Assembly (NCBI GenBank): GCA_963977015.1
Contig: CAXBMO010000015.1
Coordinates: 32,001 to 96,000 of the forward strand
Origin: an uncultured bacterium
GTDB taxonomy: Bacteria > Verrucomicrobiota > Verrucomicrobiia > Verrucomicrobiales > DEV007
Length of the DNA: 64,000 bases
Direction of reading: 5' to 3'
Below are positions 9,876 to 17,643 of this stretch, piece by piece. The notes under the pieces were generated by a model. That model worked only from the letters and a program-made list of their open reading frames with translations. It had not been told where the DNA came from and did not search any database. Position 1 is the first letter of the stretch, and the number at the start of each line of letters is the position of its first letter. A program made the translations under genes and the position numbers.

Positions 9876-10973
9876 TCAGCGGACGACCCGGGCGCCTCCA
9901 CCGGCCATGATTTTTTCGACCTCACCGAGCGACGCCATCGTCGTATCTCCTGGTGTCGTCATCGCCAGCGCGCCATGAGCAGCGCCATAATTCACGGCCT
10001 TTGCCGGATCATTGTGCTCCAAAAACCCGTAAATCAGCCCCGAGGCAAAGCTGTCGCCACCTCCAACCCGGTCAAGAATTTCGAGCCGGTCTCGTTGCTC
10101 GGCCTGATGGAATTCGCCATCGTGCCAGCAAATCGCACCCCAATCGTTCACCGTAGCGGTATGAACTTCGCGAAGGGTTGTCGCGGTTGCCTGGAAGTTG
10201 GGAAACTCTTTGATCGCGGTCTCAATCATGCTCTTGAAGTTGGCAACGTCGATCCCGGAAATGTTCTCGTCCACGCCCTCGACCTCGAAGCCTAGCGAAG
10301 CTGTGAAATCCTCCTCATTGCCGATCATCACATCCACATATTTCGCGATTTCCCGGTTCACCTCCTGCGCTTTTTTCTGGCCGCCAATCGATTTCCAAAG
10401 CGAAGGCCGGTAGTTGAGATCATAGGAGACAATTGTGCCGTGTTTTTGGGCGGCCTTGCAGGCTTCAATGGTCACCTCTGCGGCGGACTCGGATAGAGCC
10501 GCAAAGATTCCTCCGGTATGGAACCAGCGCGAGCCTGCCTTCCCAAAAATGTTGTCCCAATCGACATCTCCAGGCTTCATCTGGGACGCAGCCGTATTGC
10601 CTCGGTCAGGACAGCCCACCGCACCACGAATGCCAAATCCTCGCTCCGTGAAGTTGAGCCCGTTGCGGACTTCCCTGCCAATTCCATCATAATCCTTCCA
10701 TTGAATGAACCGGGTATCGACCCCGCCTTGAAGGATGAAATCCTCAATCAAACGCCCAACGGGATTGTCCGCAAACGCAGTCACAACCGCACCCCTCAAG
10801 CCGAAGCAGCGCCGAAGCCCTCGGGCCACATTGTATTCCCCTCCACCTTCCCATGCAGCAAAGGATCGACTCGTATGAATTCGACTCTCACCGGGGTCAA
10901 GTCGCAGCATCACCTCGCCGAGGGATATGCAGTCGAATTCACAATCAGAACTGGGGCGTAATTTAATGGACAT
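9876..10973 (-). CDS. kdgK: PfkB-family sugar kinase, probably 2-keto-3-deoxygluconate kinase
   Basis: LGEVMLRL, GGGEYNVA, SYDLNYRPSLW, GNEED and DRVGGGDSFASG motifs; ATG at 10973 (MSIKLRP). Confidence 0.8.
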   Translation of the reverse strand: MSIKLRPSSDCEFDCISLGEVMLRLDPGESRIHTSRSFAAWEGGGEYNVARGLRRCFGLRGAVVTAFADNPVGRLIEDFILQGGVDTRFIQWKDYDGIGREVRNGLNFTERGFGIRGAVGCPDRGNTAASQMKPGDVDWDNIFGKAGSRWFHTGGIFAALSESAAEVTIEACKAAQKHGTIVSYDLNYRPSLWKSIGGQKKAQEVNREIAKYVDVMIGNEEDFTASLGFEVEGVDENISGIDVANFKSMIETAIKEFPNFQATATTLREVHTATVNDWGAICWHDGEFHQAEQRDRLEILDRVGGGDSFASGLIYGFLEHNDPAKAVNYGAAHGALAMTTPGDTTMASLGEVEKIMAGGGARVVR

Positions 10974-11275
10974 TCTAGGGTAGAGTTTAGCTGGTAAAAA
11001 GTGCCTGGGGCCGGGAAATGCTTGATGGATGCGCAACAACGGCAGAATCCCTCCCCTCGGCAGGTGTATCCTTCTCTAGCTGGGTTTCCCCGATTGTCGA
11101 CCGCAAAACCAATGCGGACAAGATACCGGGTATCCTCGCACTATCGCAAGAACATGAATGCGACCCCATTTATCCGTTGACTCTCCATGACGAGGCTGAG
11201 ATTATGAAAATCACTGAAGTTTCTAATTTTTGTTGACTTAAGTTAAAAGTCTAGAAAACTTAATAGAAGAACTTT

Positions 11276-12931
11276 ATGAAAATCCCGCATCGATTTCTCG
11301 TCCCATCCGCCCTTCTGCTTTTGCCTTTCGGCAATCTCGCACATGCTGAAGACTCGGTAGTCTACACGGACATCATTGCTCCTGTATTGGAAGCAAAATG
11401 CGTCTCCTGCCACGGAGCCGACAAGCAAAAAGGAAAGTTGAGAATGGACTCCATGGAGTTCCTCAAGAAAGGCGGCGGCGAAGGACCTGCGATCGTCGCA
11501 GGAAATGTGGATGAAAGCCTCGCGTTGTTTCGGCTCTCCCTGCCGTTGGACGACGATGAGCACATGCCGCCCGAAGACAAGGAACAGTTTACAGAGGCCG
11601 AGACCAAGCTTCTGACCTTCTGGGTGGAGAAAGGTGCAAACCCGACAATTAAACTCAGCCAACTCGGATTGCCTGACGACCTCAAGGGAAGTGTAAACAC
11701 GATTTTGGCATCACTGAAGGCCAAGCCTGCCAAACCCGCACCAACTGCAGAGGAATTGAAACAGGCAGAAGCCAAGAAAAAGCTCGCCGCAGAGGTCATG
11801 GCGAAGGTCAACGCCACCGGTGCCACATTGATGCCGATTGCCCAGAACACGCCCGAGCTCCGGTTTTCCGCACTGAATGTTGCCAAGGACTTTGGCGATG
11901 CCCAGCTCAAAATGCTTGAGCCTGTTGCCGACCAGATTGCGACGGTCGACATTGCCCGCACCCAGGTTTCCGATGCCGGTTTGGCGACAATTGGGAAAAT
12001 GTCCAACCTGAGGCAACTCAAGGTGGAGAAAACAACCATCTCCGACGCAGGCTTGAAACACCTCACCGGGCTCAAGAATTTGGAGTATCTCAATCTCTAT
12101 GGAACTCAGGTAACGGATTCCGGACTCGCTCACCTTTCCGGACTATCCAATCTTTCCCGACTTTATCTCTGGCAGTCGAAAGCGACGAGTGACGGAGCAG
12201 AAAACCTGAAGAAAAAACTTCCCAAGGTGATCATCAACCTGGGTTGGGAACACGAAGCGAAGCAAAAAGCCGTTCAAGTTGCCGCCGCAAAGCCCACTCC
12301 CGCCCCAGCCCAAAAACCGGCGCCAGCGCCAGCGCCCAAACCGACTCCCAAGCCCGCTCCAGCTCCAAAACCCGAACCTAAGCCAGCGGCTGCTCCTGCC
12401 ACACCCGCACCTGCAGCCACCGCTGCGGCAGGCGTAACTTTGGCCGTGCTCGAGTCCCATTTGAAAGCGGCTCACGATGAAGCCAACCGTCTCAACTCGA
12501 CTGCAACCAAAGTCTTGGCTGATGCAAAAGCAGCGTCTGCTGCCGCTGCCACAAGTCTAGACCAGGCAAAGAAAGACGCAGCTGCAAAGCAAAAAGCGGC
12601 GGAGTTGGCCAAAGGTCAAATTAAGGACCGCGAAGCTGCGGTGAAGGCCATTCAAGGAGCTCTGGAGACCACCAAGGCACAGGCTGCGCTCGCGGCCCTC
12701 TCAAAGCGTCTCGAAGCAGATCTTGCTGAAGCTCAAAAACTTCTCACGGATGGTAGGAATGCCGTGACTGCCGCTGATGATGCGGCCAAGAAAGCAACTG
12801 CAGCCATTGCTGCAGCTGAGAAAACTGCTGCCGCCAAGGCGCAGGCTGTTGAGTTGGCCACCAAACAGGTTGCCAAGGTCGAAATGATCACGAAATCGAT
12901 CGTCGCTGCCGTCGCATCTTCCAAGAGCTAA
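11276..12931 (+). CDS. Planctomycete-type cytochrome c domain + leucine-rich repeats + Pro/Ala linker + Ala-rich coiled coil
   Basis: Signal peptide; IAPVLEAKCVSCHG...KGKLRMD...HMPP...WV.KGA; LRR units (NLEYLNLYGTQVTDSGLAHL); PAPKP repeats. Confidence 0.8.
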   Translation: MKIPHRFLVPSALLLLPFGNLAHAEDSVVYTDIIAPVLEAKCVSCHGADKQKGKLRMDSMEFLKKGGGEGPAIVAGNVDESLALFRLSLPLDDDEHMPPEDKEQFTEAETKLLTFWVEKGANPTIKLSQLGLPDDLKGSVNTILASLKAKPAKPAPTAEELKQAEAKKKLAAEVMAKVNATGATLMPIAQNTPELRFSALNVAKDFGDAQLKMLEPVADQIATVDIARTQVSDAGLATIGKMSNLRQLKVEKTTISDAGLKHLTGLKNLEYLNLYGTQVTDSGLAHLSGLSNLSRLYLWQSKATSDGAENLKKKLPKVIINLGWEHEAKQKAVQVAAAKPTPAPAQKPAPAPAPKPTPKPAPAPKPEPKPAAAPATPAPAATAAAGVTLAVLESHLKAAHDEANRLNSTATKVLADAKAASAAAATSLDQAKKDAAAKQKAAELAKGQIKDREAAVKAIQGALETTKAQAALAALSKRLEADLAEAQKLLTDGRNAVTAADDAAKKATAAIAAAEKTAAAKAQAVELATKQVAKVEMITKSIVAAVASSKS

Positions 12932-13180
12932 TATCGAGCCTGACTCTCCTTTCAAAAGAGAAACGATTTCGGAGGAACATCGTTTCGATCAATGGCTGAC
13001 ACCTCGCCTGCGATGAACTGACCGGGCCACCCCATCTCCGGTGGACCCCCGGCTCACGAGGGCCTTTTTACCCAATAAATTTGCGTGCATATCAAGGGCC
13101 ATTCCGTCTTCAAAGGCGGGTGGCCCTAACCCCGTTTCTGTGAAACGAGTTTGATGGGTTCCCGCGGCGTGCTCCTCGAA

Positions 13181-14275
13181 TCAATCTCCTCCGCCGGAGT
13201 TCGCCAAGGCCTGGTATTCCTCAGGAAGTGCTTTGGCGAACCGGGTCTTGTCGATCGCCTTCATGTAGGCTTCCACGGCACCGACCTTACCCTGCACCAT
13301 TTGGTCCCAAATGGCCTCATCCATGAACTGCATTCCGTGTGCCTTGCCACCGGTAATGATGTCATAGAGTTTCTGGGTCGCTCCTTCCCGAATCACCGCT
13401 CCCACAGCAGGAGTTGCCACGAGGATCTCGTTGACGGCGACGCGACCTGGCTGGTCCTCACGCTTCAACAACAACTGCGCGACGACTCCTCGAAGGGAGG
13501 CCGAAAGCATGGTTCGAACCTGCGCCTGTTGGTCGGAAGGAAACACATCGATAATCCGATCAACGGTCTTGCGCGCGTTGTTGGTGTGAAGAGTACCAAA
13601 GACAAGGAGACCGGTCTCTGCCGCGGTTAATGCCAGTGAAATGGTTTCCAAATCACGCATCTCACCCACCAGAACAATGTCGGAGTCCTCCCGCAACGAG
13701 GCGCGAAGTCCATCCGCAAACGAAGGCGTCTGGATCCCGACCTCGCGCTGAGTGATGATGCTCTTCTTGTTGTTGTGAACAAATTCGATCGGTTCCTCAA
13801 CGGTGATGATGTGGCGTGAAAAATTCGAATTGATGTAATCAATCAAGGCCGCCAGCGTGGTGCTTTTTCCGGAGCCTGTCGGGCCGGTCACCAAGACCAA
13901 CCCGCTCTTCATCTGACCAAAGTGTTCGACCACGGAAGGAATGCCCAACTGCTCCAATGTCGCGATCTTGGTTGGAATCAGTCGAAACACGGCTCCCAAT
14001 CCGTTCTGCTGCTTGAAATAGTTGCAGCGGAAACGGGAATCCGCGTTCATCTCGTAGGCAAAGTCGAGATCACCGGTTTCCATGAACTTCTCGAACGCCT
14101 TTGGTTCGCAAATCTCGGAGAGCATGTCTTTGAGCACGTCATGGGTGAGGACACCTTCTGAGATCGGGCTCACCGCGCCGTGCACACGCACTTTGGGCGG
14201 TTGGCCTTCGCTGAGGTGAAGATCGGAACCTCCACCGTTCACCAGAACGTCAAAATATTGGTCGATTACAGCCAT
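13181..14275 (-). CDS. pilT: Type IV pilus retraction ATPase PilT family
   Basis: GSDLHL, GPTGSGKSTT, TVEEPIE, VGEMRDLET and GTLHT motifs. Confidence 0.9.
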   Translation of the reverse strand: MAVIDQYFDVLVNGGGSDLHLSEGQPPKVRVHGAVSPISEGVLTHDVLKDMLSEICEPKAFEKFMETGDLDFAYEMNADSRFRCNYFKQQNGLGAVFRLIPTKIATLEQLGIPSVVEHFGQMKSGLVLVTGPTGSGKSTTLAALIDYINSNFSRHIITVEEPIEFVHNNKKSIITQREVGIQTPSFADGLRASLREDSDIVLVGEMRDLETISLALTAAETGLLVFGTLHTNNARKTVDRIIDVFPSDQQAQVRTMLSASLRGVVAQLLLKREDQPGRVAVNEILVATPAVGAVIREGATQKLYDIITGGKAHGMQFMDEAIWDQMVQGKVGAVEAYMKAIDKTRFAKALPEEYQALANSGGGD

Positions 14276-14310
14276 TTCAGTATGTAGAGAGGAGTTTTCG
14301 AGAAAGTGCG

Positions 14311-15405
14311 TTAGTTAGGAGTGGCAAGACCAAAGTGTTGCCGCATCACCGTTTGATCGATGGAACGCATAATGCATTCCTCCTGCGTGATTTTTCCGGC
14401 GGCATGAAGATCTCGCAGGGCGTCGTCCATCAGGATCATCCCGACATTGCGACCCGTTTGCATGATCCCCGGGAGCATGAAGGTTTTGCCGTCGCGGATA
14501 CTGGCGGAAACGGCGGGAGTATTTACCAGCAATTCCATCGCCAGTGCGCGTCCATTTCCGTCTGCGGTTGGGACGAGTTGCTGGCTGATGACACCGCGCA
14601 GCGACTCGCTCACCATCTGGCGAATCTGACCACGCTGGTCGACCGGAAACACGTCCAACACCCGGTCGAGGGTTCGGGCCGCGCTCCCGGTGTGCAGGGT
14701 CCCCAGAACCAGGTGACCGGTCTCTGCCGCGGTGATGGCGAGCGAAATCGTTTCCAAGTCACGCATCTCACCCACCATAATGACGTCGGGGTCTTCCCGG
14801 AGTGAGGCACGGAGGGCCCGCGCAAATGAATCGGTGTGGAGATGCACCTCCCGCTGGTTCACATGGCAGCGTTTCGAATCGAAAATGTATTCGATCGGGT
14901 CTTCCAAGGTAATGATGTGGTCGTCGCGATCCTCGTTAATCTCGTTCACGAGCGAGGCGAGAGTGGTCGATTTGCCACTGCCGACAGAACCCGTCACCAA
15001 AATGAGTCCGTTGGTGTATTGAAGAAGTGGTTTGATGTGCTGAGGCAGCTTCAGATCATCCATCGTCCGGATTTCCGTGCTGATGATCCGGAAGACGATT
15101 TCCCAGCCAAGGCGCTGTTTCACTACACTGGCTCGGAAACGCCCAAACTCATTGTGATAAGCAAAGTCGATATCACCGCGCTCCATAAACCGCTGAAGCT
15201 CCGGGCCGCTGAGAAAGCCTTTCACCAATCGCTCGGAGTCTTCCTTGGTGATGATGTCTGCGTTCTCCCAAATCGGCTGCAATACTCCAAATCGCCTCCA
15301 GGTTGGCGGCGCCGCGGCAGGCAGGTGAAGATCGGAGCAATCGTATTCGACAGCAACTTTCAGATAGTCATCAACGTGATCAAAAACAGCAATCGTGTCT
15401 GACAT
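14311..15405 (-). CDS. pilT: Second PilT/PilU-family ATPase
   Basis: SDLHL, GSVGSGKSTT, TLEDPIE, LREDPDVIMVGEMRD and GHLVLGTLHT motifs. Confidence 0.85.
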   Translation of the reverse strand: MSDTIAVFDHVDDYLKVAVEYDCSDLHLPAAAPPTWRRFGVLQPIWENADIITKEDSERLVKGFLSGPELQRFMERGDIDFAYHNEFGRFRASVVKQRLGWEIVFRIISTEIRTMDDLKLPQHIKPLLQYTNGLILVTGSVGSGKSTTLASLVNEINEDRDDHIITLEDPIEYIFDSKRCHVNQREVHLHTDSFARALRASLREDPDVIMVGEMRDLETISLAITAAETGHLVLGTLHTGSAARTLDRVLDVFPVDQRGQIRQMVSESLRGVISQQLVPTADGNGRALAMELLVNTPAVSASIRDGKTFMLPGIMQTGRNVGMILMDDALRDLHAAGKITQEECIMRSIDQTVMRQHFGLATPN

Positions 15406-15477
15406 AAGCCAGTTAAAAAGGGGATTAAGAAATTGGGTGGTTGGTTATGTAGGCTGAAACCGCCATCAAATGCAACC

Positions 15478-15888
15478 CTATTGCTTTGAGGACATGCCTT
15501 TCGCCCAGTTTTCGACGGCTTCTGTCGCCATTTTCGTCAAAGTTGGTCGCGCCATGGCGATCCCTCCCTTGACCAATCCCGCCAAAATCGGCCCAACCAT
15601 CGAAGCCTTGCGGGGTCCCTTGACTTTGGCGGTTCCCTGGGGTCGTGGCTTCGTGGGGCGCTTGGAACCCTTTTTCGGAAGGACCAAAAATCCCGTGACA
15701 ACTCCGGCGACCAATACCGCGCCAAGCCACTTCCATTTTCCGTCGTGAAACGACTCCTTGATTTGACCGGGAATGTTGAGAAAATCGCCGACCTCTTCGA
15801 AATCAATCACCAAATCACGACGCGATTCATCGAGAGACGCAATCAGCGCTCCCTTTTTTTCTTCGATGGAAGATTCTGAGCCAGCCAT
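15478..15888 (-). CDS. Single-TM hypothetical protein in the YqjK-like position
   Basis: Short helix, TM segment (WKWLGAVLVAGVVTGFLVL) and basic tail; third gene of a yqjD-yqjE-like cluster. Confidence 0.55.
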   Translation of the reverse strand: MAGSESSIEEKKGALIASLDESRRDLVIDFEEVGDFLNIPGQIKESFHDGKWKWLGAVLVAGVVTGFLVLPKKGSKRPTKPRPQGTAKVKGPRKASMVGPILAGLVKGGIAMARPTLTKMATEAVENWAKGMSSKQ

Positions 15889-16271
15889 TTTTCGTCCTTT
15901 TCCAATTCCTGAAGAGTGGCCTCAAAAATCGGCTTATTACGCACGGTCCTTGCCACTATGATCAGAATACAGCCGGCAACAACATGGAATGCCGCAATTG
16001 CCAATCCCACATACTCCCACTTCGTTCCAAATCGGTCGGCAATAAGATTTACCAGAGCGGCGATCGAAAGCATGTATCCCGTGAACAGGAATCCAGCTCC
16101 TACGGCAATAAATACGGCCTGATCCGCCAAGAGCCTCGAAGCTTCGCGAGTTTCCAGAATGGCGAGTTGGACACGAATCTGACCATAATCAATCAATGCA
16201 CGAAGCGAATCCCGCGCCTGTTGCTTGAGGCTGGATGGGCCGGATTCGTCACGATTTTGAGGATTCGTCAT
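15843..16271 (-). CDS. Phage holin family (YqjE-like) membrane protein
   Basis: RVQLAILETRE, two TM helices and FEATLQELEKD motif; ATG at 16271. Confidence 0.75.
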   Translation of the reverse strand: MTNPQNRDESGPSSLKQQARDSLRALIDYGQIRVQLAILETREASRLLADQAVFIAVGAGFLFTGYMLSIAALVNLIADRFGTKWEYVGLAIAAFHVVAGCILIIVARTVRNKPIFEATLQELEKDEKWLAQNLPSKKKRER

Positions 16272-16311
16272 CTTCGGAGCTGGCGCGAAGCGTGCGACTG
16301 ATCTCAAGCAA

Positions 16312-16674
16312 CTAGCGCCGCAGCAACATCCCAAGAAACACGCCGATTCCAAAGGTTGTCAAAACCGCTTTGGTGGGATTCTCTCGAACGTAAGCCTCCA
16401 ACTCCACTTTGAGATCCTCCACCTTGGCTCGAGCATCGCGAAGCCCCACTTCTGCAACTTCGCGAACGTGGCCGGCTTGCTCGCCAGCCGCGCTTTTCAG
16501 CGTATCTGCCTGTTCACCGGCGACATCGCGAATCTGGCTGGCCCGAGATTCCGCCGCCTGCTTCAATTGAGCAGCTTTTGCACTTGCCGCCGCACGGAGT
16601 TCCTCCGCGGCTTGCAACGCATGAGATTTGGTGGATTCGAGCGGCGTATCTTGATTCTGGACAGGTGAACTCAT
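16312..16674 (-). CDS. DUF883/ElaB/YqjD-family membrane-anchored protein
   Basis: Ala-rich helix ending in YVRENPTKAVLTTFGIGVFLGMLLRR. Confidence 0.88.
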   Translation of the reverse strand: MSSPVQNQDTPLESTKSHALQAAEELRAAASAKAAQLKQAAESRASQIRDVAGEQADTLKSAAGEQAGHVREVAEVGLRDARAKVEDLKVELEAYVRENPTKAVLTTFGIGVFLGMLLRR

Positions 16675-16755
16675 GCTTTAGAAAAATGGTTATTCTTCAT
16701 CAAACCACCGGTGCCTGCAAAATCAACCAACAACCCAGGGGAAGGTGCGCGGCGT

Positions 16756-16965
16756 TCAGTCCAGAGTTTCGATGATCCGGGCCTGGCTCATGTCATAGGC
16801 CGAAAACTCAACCCTCACGAGATCATCGGTCGCAACATCGGCCTTTATCCCTTTTCCCGAATATCCCCGGGCCCGGTAACCATTCGGCAGCTCAACCCAG
16901 TAAAAACCACTCGAGCTCAACTCCACCACTTTTCCGGTCGCTTGAATCGGCTGTCTTCTCTCCAT
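16756..16965 (-). CDS. infA: Translation initiation factor IF-1-like protein (divergent paralogue)
   Basis: G.VVEL....Y.VELPNG...GY.GK...D.VRVEFSAYDMSQARI matches the IF-1 OB fold, but the RMR..YIRI loop is shortened. Confidence 0.7.
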   Translation of the reverse strand: MERRQPIQATGKVVELSSSGFYWVELPNGYRARGYSGKGIKADVATDDLVRVEFSAYDMSQARIIETLD

Positions 16966-17044
16966 CAAAATAACAAATAACGGTTGTGTAAATCTAAACC
17001 GTCTTTATAATTACCATAACCAGTAGAACTTACTAGCCCTACTC

Positions 17045-17473
17045 ATGGCCGCACACAACGATCCAGTTCCTCCAATCCTTCACCAACTTTGGAATTTGTC
17101 TTCGCAAATCCATCAAACGAGTGAATATCTGCCCCCACACCAAGCAATGCTGGGCGACGAGCACATCACCTATGTTCGCGAAGCAGCCATGGGCATGTTG
17201 CAAAAACTGCACGCAATGATGCACGCCTGTGTGTCGATGTCTACCAACGGACAAGAAGTGGTCAATCCGCTCGAAAACAAGGACGAGCGGCATGACATGC
17301 GCAACCAGGTCGCGGTCGTCAGAGGTTTCAGCGATCTGATGTTGATGGACGTTCCCCCTGGCCATCAATCCGCCCAAATTTTGGATCATCTTCGCAATTT
17401 GGCAGACAGCTATTGTGGCGTCTTGGACCAAATCAAGTCAGCGGACGAGCATGTGAACGTTTTCGCCGGCTAG
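17045..17473 (+). CDS. Small protein made of two HisKA-like helical repeats, with no ATPase domain
   Basis: RHDMRNQVAVVRGFSDLM resembles an H-box; LHQLWNLSSQIHQTSEYL is a degenerate N-terminal copy. Confidence 0.55.
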   Translation: MAAHNDPVPPILHQLWNLSSQIHQTSEYLPPHQAMLGDEHITYVREAAMGMLQKLHAMMHACVSMSTNGQEVVNPLENKDERHDMRNQVAVVRGFSDLMLMDVPPGHQSAQILDHLRNLADSYCGVLDQIKSADEHVNVFAG

Positions 17474-17643
17474 TAATCGAATCTTTTTCTCGCGAAACTG
17501 AGAATAGAATCTCAGACCAAACGTCAGAACTGAGCGGATCCGTGGGCATCCGTACCCTAACACGTTTCCAAAAGTCGTAATTACTGAATTTTTTGGAAAA
17601 GTTTAGTTGTTTGTTGGCACAGAATTAGGCATTCTTTTACCTT

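Noticed and set aside
12290-12430. Repetitive CCAGC/CCAAA-rich DNA resembling a repeat array
   Set aside because: It encodes the Pro/Ala/Lys linker of the cytochrome-LRR protein; there is no constant repeat-spacer period, so it is not CRISPR.
15843-16271. Phage holin family gene as evidence of a prophage
   Set aside because: It is in the chromosomal yqjD-yqjE-like context, with no phage genes nearby.
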